A stretch of 64,000 nucleotides of DNA, from the IMG/VR virus record IMGVR_UViG_3300009183_000053; one strand, 5' to 3'. Positions 53,850-64,000 of the stretch are shown here, in pieces. The position numbers and the translations under genes were made by a program. The notes beneath the pieces were generated by a model. The model worked only from the letters and a program-made list of their open reading frames with translations. It was not told where the DNA came from and did not search any database. This DNA comes from an uncultured virus (IMG/VR IMGVR_UViG_3300009183_000053) (taxonomy: Duplodnaviria; Heunggongvirae; Uroviricota; Caudoviricetes). Numbering within the stretch: the stretch's first letter is position 1; the number at the start of each line of letters is the position of its first letter.

Positions 53850-55070
53850 TTATTCCATTGGAACCGCAAAACCTACACGATTACTGTAACCACTATACAT
53901 AGGCCAAATCATATAAATTTTATTGTTATATGTGAATGTATCTCCAGGTGTATACTCACCATTGAAGATGTATACACCATTTTGGTCACTAGCATTACCG
54001 CCGTGATTGCCATAATAATTTGCTTCCCAACCAAATGGCATTAAACCAAAACCTGTTCCTCCCAAATTGGCACTTGGAAAACGATAACTTGCCGTGGTGT
54101 TGATGGCACCTGCGTATGTCGCTGCTGTAGCAGTAGTTACCGTTCCGAGAGTTTGGCCAGCATTCAAGGCATAATGACTTGAACTTCTACCTGCCATAGT
54201 CATATGAACCTGTTGATTATAAATTTTTGGCCATGATGTACCAACTTGTGGTAACGCTGACACCATACTGTGAGCTCGCAAAGGTGTCAAAATGCTCGTG
54301 GTGACATAATTTAAATTTTGAACAGTAGTTAAATCATTTGTTGTTCCATATCCAATACCTGTACCTCTTTGGTTTGTATATATTACTGGATAAATTCCGT
54401 TACTGTCAAGGTTGTGATAATCATAACGAGTGTATTGTGTTTGGAAAAACGGCCCGCCTTGAAGTGTTGAGTTTGAATATGTCGAACCCCAACCAGCATT
54501 ATAACTATTATTGTTAGTAACAGCCCAAAAGAAACATTTATCTGTTACATAAGCCCAAAATGTTCTAATGTTATCAAAACCATTGGATCCCGACAAACAA
54601 ACAGCGCTAGAACCATAATTGTTTCCACCTAATGTCAATGTTGTACCTGATGCGTTACCGTTGCCAGCTTCAGGAAATGTTACCGGCATTCCCGAAGCCG
54701 TTATAGTTCCACCTGAAATTGCAGTACCAATATCAAAATATGGGGTTGCTCCCGAAGTAGACCTAATTTGTGTATAAATTTTACTAGAAGATGCATCATA
54801 TACCGGTTGTTCTAATGTTAATGTTATGTAATTAGAACCCATTTCACCGGACATTATATGAGAAATTGTATTTGCTGGATTAACAGTTCTAATAATTGTG
54901 CTGTTTGTTGCATCAAAGTTTGCATATATTGGAGCCGAATAACTAGCAGAAGTAAATCTACTTTGTAATGTACTTACACTTGTAATAGAACTAGTATTAA
55001 TGATATCAGCTAACATCCTTAATGGAATTGTAACTCTAGTATTTGTTGTAAAACTTAATTTAATAAACAT
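53850..55070 (-). CDS. Putative virion protein (paralog of 55073..56323)
   Basis: Start MFIKLSF at 55070, with shared N- and C-terminal motifs. Confidence 0.7.
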   Translation of the reverse strand: MFIKLSFTTNTRVTIPLRMLADIINTSSITSVSTLQSRFTSASYSAPIYANFDATNSTIIRTVNPANTISHIMSGEMGSNYITLTLEQPVYDASSSKIYTQIRSTSGATPYFDIGTAISGGTITASGMPVTFPEAGNGNASGTTLTLGGNNYGSSAVCLSGSNGFDNIRTFWAYVTDKCFFWAVTNNNSYNAGWGSTYSNSTLQGGPFFQTQYTRYDYHNLDSNGIYPVIYTNQRGTGIGYGTTNDLTTVQNLNYVTTSILTPLRAHSMVSALPQVGTSWPKIYNQQVHMTMAGRSSSHYALNAGQTLGTVTTATAATYAGAINTTASYRFPSANLGGTGFGLMPFGWEANYYGNHGGNASDQNGVYIFNGEYTPGDTFTYNNKIYMIWPMYSGYSNRVGFAVPME

Positions 55071-55072
55071 GA

Positions 55073-56323
55073 TTATTCCTTTGGAATTGCTATACCAACA
55101 CGGTCTGTATATCCAGTCCAAGTCGGCAAAATTTTGTATGTTTTTCCACCATATGAAAATTCATCTCCTGGATAATAATCGCCATTAAATAAATACCAAC
55201 CACCTTGTGTTCCGGCATCACCACCAGCATTATAATAGTATGAATTTCTCCATGAAATTGGTAACATGCCATATGTTTGTGTTTTTAAATCTGCGCTAGG
55301 ATAACGTGTAGCTGTTGTTGTGAAAACAACTGCACCGTATGTTGGATTAGAAACGGTGCCACCACCGGTTGCTGCGGCTGTTAGAGCGGAATCTTGTGAG
55401 TATCTAGAACCTACGCCCCAGCTGACATACGGTTGCAACACCATTGGCCAACTAGGAGTTGTTGATGGATAAGCGTTATATAAGTTGAACACTCTAAATG
55501 CATGTGAATTACTGGTAGTATTATACTGAGTATTTTCTATTCTATTCCAATCAGCTACACCACCAAACCCAATACCTACACCTCTATTATAATTTGTAAA
55601 CATCAATGGAGTTATAAATGTTGCATTGGTATTTGTGTAATCAAATCTGTTGTATTGACTATAAATGAATGGACCAATATATGATGTACTGGCAGAATAA
55701 GTGTTTCCAAATCCAACGTTATATGTGTTGCCATTTGTGGCACACCAGACAAGAGCATTATCACTTAGATACATAGTGAAACATCTTACATTTAAAAAAC
55801 CACTAGTGCTACTACCAGCAGATCCTGATGATCCTGAATTTACTGAATTATTGAATGTGGGTGCTGTGCCTGGAGTGGTGTTTATGGTACCAGATTGTGA
55901 AATCGCTTGACTTGTTAAACTTGATAATGTTCCACTAGACAATCCATTGGCTGTCCTAACAGTTGATGTGTAACCACCTTCAGAAGCATTAACATGTTGA
56001 ATATAATATTTTTTAGTGTTATCATCATAATTGGAGAACTCAAGTGTCCATGCATGTTCGTCCGCATAACTTGTACCACCTCCATTTTTAGCATATCGTG
56101 AAACTGTGTTTGATGTTAGTCCTGTAGTACCAGTGCCTGTTCTAATAATTTCACTCGTATTTGCATCAAGACCAGTTAACAAAGTTGCCCACCAATTGCC
56201 CGATGTTGCAGTACTTTGTAAAGACGCAACGTTAGCAATTGCAGGTGTATTGATAACTTCGTTAACTATACGAAATATATGATTTAAATATTTGTCTGAG
56301 GTAAAGTTTAATTTAATATACAT
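55073..56323 (-). CDS. Putative virion protein
   Basis: S/T/G/N-rich, with C-terminal FNGDYYPGD. Confidence 0.7.
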   Translation of the reverse strand: MYIKLNFTSDKYLNHIFRIVNEVINTPAIANVASLQSTATSGNWWATLLTGLDANTSEIIRTGTGTTGLTSNTVSRYAKNGGGTSYADEHAWTLEFSNYDDNTKKYYIQHVNASEGGYTSTVRTANGLSSGTLSSLTSQAISQSGTINTTPGTAPTFNNSVNSGSSGSAGSSTSGFLNVRCFTMYLSDNALVWCATNGNTYNVGFGNTYSASTSYIGPFIYSQYNRFDYTNTNATFITPLMFTNYNRGVGIGFGGVADWNRIENTQYNTTSNSHAFRVFNLYNAYPSTTPSWPMVLQPYVSWGVGSRYSQDSALTAAATGGGTVSNPTYGAVVFTTTATRYPSADLKTQTYGMLPISWRNSYYYNAGGDAGTQGGWYLFNGDYYPGDEFSYGGKTYKILPTWTGYTDRVGIAIPKE

Positions 56324-56607
56324 TATTCTGTTCCTTCTTCCGGTGCAGGTTGTTCCGGCGCATCATCAACCTGCGCTAATGCATAAGCAAAATCTTCTGG
56401 TATTACAGTGCCTTTGACCACAACAAAATATGCCATTGGACCAGCCACTTCATACCAAATGCCTGAAAGATTTTCAATCTTACTATATGCATAGTCTAAG
56501 AATTCTTGGCCTGTTTTTGGTTCCAAAAATGTTGCTGCATAATAATCATGTTGCCACGGTGCCAACCATGGAGTTTGAAAGATGTTTTGTATTTCTTCGA
56601 ATCTCAT
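56323..56607 (-). CDS. Hypothetical protein
   Basis: 94-aa coupled ORF. Confidence 0.65.
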   Translation of the reverse strand: MRFEEIQNIFQTPWLAPWQHDYYAATFLEPKTGQEFLDYAYSKIENLSGIWYEVAGPMAYFVVVKGTVIPEDFAYALAQVDDAPEQPAPEEGTE

Positions 56608-56610
56608 AAC

Positions 56611-57255
56611 TTATCCTTGATATATGAAGTTAATGTATAAATCTGAACCACTGCTACTTTGTGTAATATCAACTGTTAAGTAGTCTGATGAAGTTACTGG
56701 AATTGATAAACCAGTTTGTGTGTTTGATGTTCCAGCAGCCGCAAATCTTATTGTGTTTATAACAGTACCGTTCTTTTTAACAACAACTGTACTTTGTGTT
56801 AAACCTGGAGAAGCCAAATAGGAAGTAATTGATGTTACGTTTGCTGTTACAAGAGGTATATAGTGTCTTAGTGTGCCAACGTTTTCCGTTAATGCACCTT
56901 TCCAATAATATGTTTTCACATAAGCTGCGGTAGTGCCACCACTACCACCAGTATTTGCTTGTGCATAGGCTGCGTTGGCCCTAGCAAAAGCCGCATTGGC
57001 AAAAGTTGCACCAGAATTTGCCGCAGAAAATGCATTATTAGCCTGACCTCTTACCCAAGTATCTGTTGCTGTGTTAGCTGCATTATAAGCCGCATTGGCA
57101 CGGTCAAAGGCTGCATTAGATGCAACTGTTCCTGAAAGAATTGTTTGGCCAATATTAACAGTATTGACTATCAAACTTCCAGTGACGTTGATATTCGCAA
57201 AAGAAAAATCTTTTGATATATCTAAACTGGTTGGATTAATTTTTTGTAATGGCAT
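56611..57255 (-). CDS. Fibre-like protein with AN-rich heptads
   Basis: AF.RANAA and DTWVRGQANNA repeats. Confidence 0.7.
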   Translation of the reverse strand: MPLQKINPTSLDISKDFSFANINVTGSLIVNTVNIGQTILSGTVASNAAFDRANAAYNAANTATDTWVRGQANNAFSAANSGATFANAAFARANAAYAQANTGGSGGTTAAYVKTYYWKGALTENVGTLRHYIPLVTANVTSITSYLASPGLTQSTVVVKKNGTVINTIRFAAAGTSNTQTGLSIPVTSSDYLTVDITQSSSGSDLYINFIYQG

Positions 57256-57273
57256 AATATTTATTTAGATGAG

Positions 57274-58230
57274 TTAAATGGCATACCTTATGACTACAAC
57301 ACCAGAACCACCAGAACCACCGCCAGGATATTGGTTACTATCAATTACCGTACCACCTGATCCACCCGATCCGGTATTATCGGCACCACTTTGTCCTGCT
57401 GTGGTTACTACATCAGTACCACCATAACCACCATATTTTGATCCACCACCCTTACCTAATCCACCCCATCCTATGTAACCTCTGTTAGTATTGTTGTTTC
57501 CTTGACTACAACCTCCTCCACCGCCTGCTCCAAAATATGTATTTGTTCCCAATCTTTCACCAACTGCGGGAAAATTTTGTGAGATGGAACTTAAAAAACC
57601 ATTGTCTGATGCACCATTTTGGCCTGTTGCACCACTTGATCCAGGTGAACTATAACCTGCTGATATACCATATGCAACATAAACGTTTGAAGATGGACCT
57701 ATTGGTGATGTGGTGCTTGCGCCTGCTCCGGATCCGGCCGGAAAACCATTACCAGCATAACTAGCGTTATCGCCGGATGCACCACCATTTGCAGTAGCAC
57801 CGGCAATACCTGTAACAGAAGAAGGTGTGCCTGCTGTTGGATTGGTACTACCATAACCACCATTACGACCAGCAACACCACCGGAACCAACTGTTACAGT
57901 ATAAGTTTGTGCTGTTACTGTAACACCAGTTAATATAATTACATTTGCTCCGCTACCGCCACCGCCTTGGCCACCGCCACCGCCACCACCTACTAGTAGT
58001 ATATCAACTGTGCCTGTTCCTGATGCGGTAAATGTTCCGTTTGATTTATATAAATGATATCTGTATCCGTTTTCAACGTATGTGTTTGATACTGGTACTA
58101 CTCTATTACCCAAATAGATTGTTCCACCAGTACTTGTTGCCAATGCTGCTGAAGTCGAACCACCACTGGTGGTTGATGAGAAGAATCTTCCCTTACTAAC
58201 AGACAGTTGACTGGCACTCTTAATACCCAT
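57274..58230 (-). CDS. Glycine-rich virion protein
   Basis: Start MGIKS at 58230 and end GGSGVVVIRY. Confidence 0.7.
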   Translation of the reverse strand: MGIKSASQLSVSKGRFFSSTTSGGSTSAALATSTGGTIYLGNRVVPVSNTYVENGYRYHLYKSNGTFTASGTGTVDILLVGGGGGGGQGGGGSGANVIILTGVTVTAQTYTVTVGSGGVAGRNGGYGSTNPTAGTPSSVTGIAGATANGGASGDNASYAGNGFPAGSGAGASTTSPIGPSSNVYVAYGISAGYSSPGSSGATGQNGASDNGFLSSISQNFPAVGERLGTNTYFGAGGGGGCSQGNNNTNRGYIGWGGLGKGGGSKYGGYGGTDVVTTAGQSGADNTGSGGSGGTVIDSNQYPGGGSGGSGVVVIRYAI

Positions 58231-58559
58231 TAAACAATCTCCGTACCAAACATAGAGAAACATAAATTGGCATTACTTGCATACACAGTAACAACATCGG
58301 TTGTTGCTAGAGTGACACCTAATGAAATGTACATTGAATCGTTGCCTGCCACAGTTGTATCATAATTGATATAATGTTTTAGTGCCAAAGATTCACCTGT
58401 TGGTCTAAAGGCAATTCTGAAAGTTGCGGATGTTGCACCAGTATTACAGACTGAGATTGTGGAACATACTGTATTTGTTAAAGCAGGCACAGTATATACA
58501 GTCGTTGCTGTTGTTGCTGCTGGATTTGCTTGACCTAAAATTTTATATAAAGCTGCCAT
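58230..58559 (-). CDS. Small virion protein
   Basis: YKILGQ..P...VYTVP...FGTEI. Confidence 0.7.
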   Translation of the reverse strand: MAALYKILGQANPAATTATTVYTVPALTNTVCSTISVCNTGATSATFRIAFRPTGESLALKHYINYDTTVAGNDSMYISLGVTLATTDVVTVYASNANLCFSMFGTEIV

Positions 58560-58568
58560 ATTTTTTCC

Positions 58569-59624
58569 TTATATCCCTAAAAATAAGAAGGGACTTAAAA
58601 TGTCAGGTAATGTTTGAGTTGGTGCGGATGCATTACCACCAAATGTTGTTATTTCTACAATGGCATTGTTAGGTGCCGCTGAAGATAATGCAAGTGTTGT
58701 ACCAGATATTGTGTAAGCACTCTTTGGTTGTGCAACACCATCAACAACTAACATGGTAAATTTCTTATCTGCTGGTGTTACAGTTAATAAGAATGTTGTG
58801 TTTGAACCATTACCGATAAATGAATCTACGTTTGCTGATAATTGTGATGAGTTTGCTTGAATGAGAGCCGCATTGGCCTGTGTGTACGCATTGTTAGCCT
58901 GAGTTCTAACCCATGTATCGGTAGAACCCGTATTGGCTTGAGCATAAGCCGCATTTGCACGAGCAAAGGCACTATTAGCAAAACTTGCGGCTGAGTTGGC
59001 TGTTGGCCAAACATACGTATTTGATTGGCTGAATACAGCATTAGCTTGTAGGAAAGCACCATTGGCAAAACTAGCTGATGTATTAGCAACACCAAATGCA
59101 CCGTTAGCAAATGATGCTGCTGAGTTTGCTTGTGTGAAAGCACCATTAGCAAAAGAGTTTGCTGTGCCAACCATGTTAGTAATCGTGGCACTAAAATTGG
59201 CATCATTACCTAATGCGGTTGCCAATTCATTTAATGTATCTAATGTGCTTGGTGCTGAATTTACTAGATTGGCAACAGCTGTACCAACATAAGTTGTTGT
59301 TGCATAACCAACTGTAGCGTGGTTGCCCCAAGCATATGCCGAGTTGGCAACCAAAAAGGATGCATTAGCAAACTCTGCGGCTGAGTTTGCTTTATTAAAA
59401 GAATTATTAGCTTGTGTTCTTACCCATGAATCGGTAGAATTGTTCGCTTGCAGAAATGCAGCATTAGCTGTATTGTATGCGTTATTAGCCTGACCTCTTA
59501 CCCAAGTGTCAGTAGAATTATTTGCTTGTGCGAACGCAGCATTAGCACGAGCGAACGCAGAAGGAACCAAAGATGAAAAGTCTTTGGTTGAATCTAATCT
59601 TGACGGTGGGACTTGAGTTGACAT
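58569..59624 (-). CDS. Tail-fibre-like coiled-coil protein
   Basis: APSTLDTLNELATALGNDANF motif and AN-rich repeats. Confidence 0.8.
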   Translation of the reverse strand: MSTQVPPSRLDSTKDFSSLVPSAFARANAAFAQANNSTDTWVRGQANNAYNTANAAFLQANNSTDSWVRTQANNSFNKANSAAEFANASFLVANSAYAWGNHATVGYATTTYVGTAVANLVNSAPSTLDTLNELATALGNDANFSATITNMVGTANSFANGAFTQANSAASFANGAFGVANTSASFANGAFLQANAVFSQSNTYVWPTANSAASFANSAFARANAAYAQANTGSTDTWVRTQANNAYTQANAALIQANSSQLSANVDSFIGNGSNTTFLLTVTPADKKFTMLVVDGVAQPKSAYTISGTTLALSSAAPNNAIVEITTFGGNASAPTQTLPDILSPFLFLGI

Positions 59625-59673
59625 TCTTTATAACCTTTTCATTCTATTTATTTCACTTTTTTTGTTGAAAATT

Positions 59674-62600
59674 TTAGATGTACCAGGTTTGAGTGACAGT
59701 AGGTGTTGCGGCTATTGCATTTCCGTTTGCTGATAGTTCCGTACCTGAACTGTATGCGTATGTTGGTAGAGGAACAATCGTTGATATTGATGGATCTATT
59801 GTGTTAGAAGTTACTACCGAATTAAATGAATTTGTGCTAACAGTTACAATACCTTCAACATTTTGTGAATGTATATCTGTTGTAATGGTATTAATAAACG
59901 TTAATGTATTTTGAGTAGTATTTCCATCCAACACTGTCAATGCCACTGATCCATTGGAACTTAATATTGCTTCAACATTCTGTGAATGTATATCTGTTGT
60001 GATGGTGTTAATTGGTGTAAAAGAATCTACTGTTGTTGAAAAACTATTCGTAACAACAGCAGTTGAAGTTCTAACTGTAATAGCTATTGTGTTTGCGCCA
60101 ACAGTAACAAATCCATTGGCTGAAGATAACAAAGGAGCCGAGGTGTTTGTGGTAATTATTAGTGTGCCTGTTCCTAAGTTTGTAGTTGGCCCAGCGGAAG
60201 TAAATGTTCCTGGATATTCTGTATTGGCCGCAACGTTTCCGTTACCTGTAACAACAAATGCATTTGTACTATAATCAGTAAGAGTAGTTTGACTCTTACA
60301 TGTTAATAAACTTGTTTGTGTACCTGTGATTGCAGCGATACCTGTTCCAGAACTTTGTGTTGCAAATAATGGTGTTACAGAAGGAGTAAAGTTTGATGTA
60401 TAAACTGCAAGACCTTTAACGACTCTTAAATTAGAAATGTTTCCTTGAAAATCAGCATATTGAGAACCACCTATTCTAACCAATGCAGCTGCACCAGCAT
60501 AATTAGTACTATCTGCAGCAGTTGTAGATTGACCTGTTCCATTAATCCAAAATTTCATTGTGCCAGATGTTCTAGTAACAGCAATATGTGTCCAAGAACC
60601 ATTAGTTGGATTTGAAGTCAAAGAACTGAGTGCAATAGAAAATAGATTAGCACCAGCATTTGAATATTGCCAATATATATTACCATTGATAATCAACCAA
60701 TTCCAATTAGTTCCACCTGATGCATGCTGACTAATAATATCAAATGCTTGGTCTGTAGTTTTAATCCAACATTCAATAGTAAAATCACCTGTGCCAAACT
60801 GAAAACCAGAACCGTTGGTAACACTTAGATAATCGGTAGTACCATCAAAATAATTACTACCCAATGGTAGTGCGGAAACAATATTCGTAATTGTTCCAGT
60901 CAAAGGCAAACTATTTAACTGTGAACTAGTAACATTACTACCTGTGATGGCATAAGGAATCAATGTGTTATTACTTAGACCTCTTGTCGCAGCTGTGTAT
61001 GTTAAATTTGCACCCCAGTATCCACCAATTGGTCCTGTAAAAGATATTAAAAATGTTATAGGTATGTTTAGTGTGTAAGAACCAACAGTAATAGTTAATG
61101 TGTTTGCTGTAGCAGTTGTTGGTGTCGTTTGTATAATTAATTGTGATGTACTGTTAGCAAAAGTAAAATTGCCAGTAAGTGATGCATTATTAATTTGTGA
61201 ACTACTTACTCCGGATATTGTGTATGCAGCATTACTTCCATCAGCTAAGTCATCAGAATATGTAAGTGTTAAACTATCACCCCAATATAAAGTGTTTGCG
61301 CTTGCTGATAAACCACCACCAAGAACTGTAAATGTTCCACTAGTAGTGAATGTATGAACTGTATTTGATCCAACTGTTGTGACAGTACCGCCTGTCGCTT
61401 TTTGACTTCCTGCATACTGTATAATTACTATACCAGAACCACCTGCTCCAGAACCAGTAGACCATCCGCCGTTAGATGCCCAATAAGATCCGCCGCCTCC
61501 GCCGCCACCTGTATTGACTACAGCAGTTGGTATTCCGCTACCTTTAGTAGTAGCATTTATTTCATTGGTATAGACATTATAACTGTAATATGTGGTTGTA
61601 CCAGAACCTCGGCCGCCACCATAAAATCCATCACCTGCTCGTTCACTACTGTTACCGCCACCGCCACCGCCGCCAGCCAGATAACGAGTGGTTCCTGTCC
61701 AATCATTAGTAATACCAATGCCGCCATTGCCACCAGGACTTGATCCTGTTCCGGCTTGACCGACTGCTCCAGCACCACCACCGCCTGCGCCAGTCCAAGT
61801 TGTTGATGTTGATCCGCCGTTATTACCTAGTACAGTTAATGTTCCTGCTGTAAGGTTATTGTTCGCTAGGCCGCCACCAGATTGATAGTAAGCATTACCG
61901 CCGCCTGAACCACCGTTCTGACTTGACGATGAAAAACCTACACCTGAACTACCACCACCGCCACCACCTTCTGCAACATAACTACCTAGACCAGAATCAG
62001 TACCTTTAACTCCATTGAGAGCAGTAGCATTAGCAATTGCTGCACCGCCTGCGCCAACAGCCACAGCAAAAACACCGCCGGCCGTTGAAATGGATCCTCT
62101 AAGAACACCACCAGCGCCGCCGCCGCCGTTCGCATTAGTAGTATTGTGGTTACCACCACTACCACCGCCAGCTACAATTAGTGCTTCAAAACTAAGTCCC
62201 GGAGTGATTACAACATTTGCTGAATATGTTCCTGTTGTGATTGATAGTGTTTTTGTTTCAGCAACTTTGACTTTTGTTGGTACACTAAGTGTGAAAGCAC
62301 CTGATGCTGAAGTAAAGTAACCTGTTAAAGAAGTGCCGTTTAAATCTGCTGTTGTTACGCCAGTTATTGTATAAGATACATTTGCTGAATTACTATCATA
62401 CAAAGTGAAATTGATAGTTGTTCCACTAAAAACTGTGTTTGCTGGATTTAAAAATCCATTGACCAATGGTGTGGTGGTACCATTCCATGCGTATGTACCA
62501 GAATAAACACCCTTAGTTGTTACGCCTGTTGTTACATAAGTTGTTGCATTAACTGTTTGGCTGGTCAAACAACCAGTAAATGTTGCAGAACTTGATGTTG

Positions 62601-63252
62601 TCGTATTGAATACTGTGTCGGTTATTACTAAACCTGCACCGCCAGAATAATCAGCAGCGGCATTTGCTCCATTATAGAACGTAGAGTTATATACTTTACC
62701 TGTTGGATTACCACCGTTATCATATTGTACTGACCAAGCATTGTTGGAATTTACTTCTTGGAATATTGTATTATATGCCGAACCTCTGAAGTTTACAGAC
62801 TCATCATTTAAAACTGATACTGTATAACTGGTTGTTCGTCCACTGTTGTTGCGCTTTAATATGGCGCCATAAATGGCCGAACTAGAATTTACAAAATTGA
62901 GTGGCGCAAAATCTCGTACTGCGGTTGCATCAGTACAGTTTATGATTACTTGACCGGCAGAACAAACAAATATTCTAGGATTCCCACCGTCACTTATACA
63001 TGCTGCGCCATAACCATTAGCTAATGCGGTTGCTGATATATTATATGTGCCAGCAAGAATGACAATGGTTACTGATGTTGCTGTACCGCTTGTTGCACTT
63101 AATGCCGCTGCAATGGTCAAGTACGGTGTGCTTACCGTATTGCCGTTATTACTGTCACTACCCGAAGCACTTACATATTTTACCGATGCTGAACCAGCTA
63201 CGATTAACTCGTAACTATCTGGAAATCCATAAGTCGCTAATACATTTGCCAT
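59674..63252 (-). CDS. Large Gly-rich adhesin with LamG/ConA-like domain
   Basis: Paralog of 51182..53476, with GDFTIECW...WTHIAVTR...ISNLRVVKG. Confidence 0.8.
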   Translation of the reverse strand: MANVLATYGFPDSYELIVAGSASVKYVSASGSDSNNGNTVSTPYLTIAAALSATSGTATSVTIVILAGTYNISATALANGYGAACISDGGNPRIFVCSAGQVIINCTDATAVRDFAPLNFVNSSSAIYGAILKRNNSGRTTSYTVSVLNDESVNFRGSAYNTIFQEVNSNNAWSVQYDNGGNPTGKVYNSTFYNGANAAADYSGGAGLVITDTVFNTTTSSSATFTGCLTSQTVNATTYVTTGVTTKGVYSGTYAWNGTTTPLVNGFLNPANTVFSGTTINFTLYDSNSANVSYTITGVTTADLNGTSLTGYFTSASGAFTLSVPTKVKVAETKTLSITTGTYSANVVITPGLSFEALIVAGGGSGGNHNTTNANGGGGAGGVLRGSISTAGGVFAVAVGAGGAAIANATALNGVKGTDSGLGSYVAEGGGGGGSSGVGFSSSSQNGGSGGGNAYYQSGGGLANNNLTAGTLTVLGNNGGSTSTTWTGAGGGGAGAVGQAGTGSSPGGNGGIGITNDWTGTTRYLAGGGGGGGNSSERAGDGFYGGGRGSGTTTYYSYNVYTNEINATTKGSGIPTAVVNTGGGGGGGSYWASNGGWSTGSGAGGSGIVIIQYAGSQKATGGTVTTVGSNTVHTFTTSGTFTVLGGGLSASANTLYWGDSLTLTYSDDLADGSNAAYTISGVSSSQINNASLTGNFTFANSTSQLIIQTTPTTATANTLTITVGSYTLNIPITFLISFTGPIGGYWGANLTYTAATRGLSNNTLIPYAITGSNVTSSQLNSLPLTGTITNIVSALPLGSNYFDGTTDYLSVTNGSGFQFGTGDFTIECWIKTTDQAFDIISQHASGGTNWNWLIINGNIYWQYSNAGANLFSIALSSLTSNPTNGSWTHIAVTRTSGTMKFWINGTGQSTTAADSTNYAGAAALVRIGGSQYADFQGNISNLRVVKGLAVYTSNFTPSVTPLFATQSSGTGIAAITGTQTSLLTCKSQTTLTDYSTNAFVVTGNGNVAANTEYPGTFTSAGPTTNLGTGTLIITTNTSAPLLSSANGFVTVGANTIAITVRTSTAVVTNSFSTTVDSFTPINTITTDIHSQNVEAILSSNGSVALTVLDGNTTQNTLTFINTITTDIHSQNVEGIVTVSTNSFNSVVTSNTIDPSISTIVPLPTYAYSSGTELSANGNAIAATPTVTQTWYI

Positions 63253-63294
63253 TTATTTTTTAATCAACCACATGAGTTTTCAAAAAAACTCCTG

Positions 63295-64000
63295 TTAAGC
63301 TTTTCTTACCAAGAACATGTCTCTATATAGACTGTCATTTCCTATTACGTATGCATAATATGCTTCATTATTAACCACGAATGTTTGACCTGGTGTGTAG
63401 TATTGTTGTAAGAAAGTATCTGATCCACTCATACTCTTATATAATCCTATTGCTGTACCGCCAGCAGTTGTTGCGCCTTGTGTGTTCTTTGCAAATACAA
63501 TTGGAAATGCAGGAGGAACAAAAGTGCCTGTCGATGGATCCATTGTTGGACCAGTTACTTGATAATTTCCTCTGATTTTTGATTTAAAATTGGAAAATCC
63601 TGATGAAGGACACATTGGTACTTGCATCTCATTTGCCCAATGGTATCTAGGATCTCTGATGTAAGTATTCCACTGTGATGTTGAATAGGAATAAGCTGAA
63701 AGTGGATCGATATAGTTGCCTGATAGGTCAAGCACAGCGGCAGATGTGGCGTTGTTGACTTGGTTGTTTATTCGATACCAAAATGGTGAATTGTTTACTG
63801 TGCCTGAACTTGAAAGAGTTCTTGTCCACATACTTGCATTTGATCCACAAGATTGGTCGTAATAGGCCGAGGCATCATAACAAACACTTGCTATCGGTGG
63901 ATTATCGTTATATGAATCTTCCCAAGCTTGAGTAGTTCTTAGTCCGACATACATCATACCACCAGGTCCATAACCTGCCGTTGATGATAGGCCGCCTGAC
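63295..64000 (-). CDS. Putative virion protein, 5'-truncated by the window edge
   Basis: Frame stays open to the window end, with C-terminal YTPGQTF resembling the 53850/55073 family. Confidence 0.65.
   Translation of the reverse strand, partial: SGGLSSTAGYGPGGMMYVGLRTTQAWEDSYNDNPPIASVCYDASAYYDQSCGSNASMWTRTLSSSGTVNNSPFWYRINNQVNNATSAAVLDLSGNYIDPLSAYSYSTSQWNTYIRDPRYHWANEMQVPMCPSSGFSNFKSKIRGNYQVTGPTMDPSTGTFVPPAFPIVFAKNTQGATTAGGTAIGLYKSMSGSDTFLQQYYTPGQTFVVNNEAYYAYVIGNDSLYRDMFLVRKA

Noticed and set aside
59850..60015. Diversity-generating retroelement TR/VR pair
   Set aside because: This is an in-frame internal duplication (INTITTDIHSQNVE) with synonymous differences, and there is no reverse transcriptase in the window.
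3005..63575. Numerous plus-strand ORFs antisense to core genes
   Set aside because: They are codon-bias shadows with no recognisable motifs.

Overview
This is a 64-kb segment of an AT-rich T4-like myophage, with nearly all genes on the minus strand. In minus-strand reading order it carries: a paralog-rich tail-fibre/appendage block (51-64 kb); neck, terminase, tail and head genes gp13-gp23 plus gp3; uvsY/uvsW; gp55, gp47/46, peptide deformylase, gp45/44/62, regA, Hsp20 and dCMP deaminase; a tRNA array; and gp43, uvsX, gp41 and glycosyltransferases. The tRNA array (12.8-18.1 kb) has 27 canonical tRNAs covering all 20 amino acids and one D-armless Gly-like RNA, with one further tRNA at 20 kb. 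The most striking unexplained signal sits directly upstream of the array. A sigma70 promoter appears to start a leaderless 36-codon peptide that contains all 20 amino acids, followed by mutually exclusive antiterminator and terminator helices. This is the architecture of a ribosome-dependent attenuator that could switch on the tRNA array when almost any tRNA becomes limiting. The array also holds rrn-like boxA sites, a long-range processing-stem candidate, a repeated operator and several unannotated structured RNAs. Calls were made by eye with no database searches, and tRNA ends may be off by 1-2 nt.
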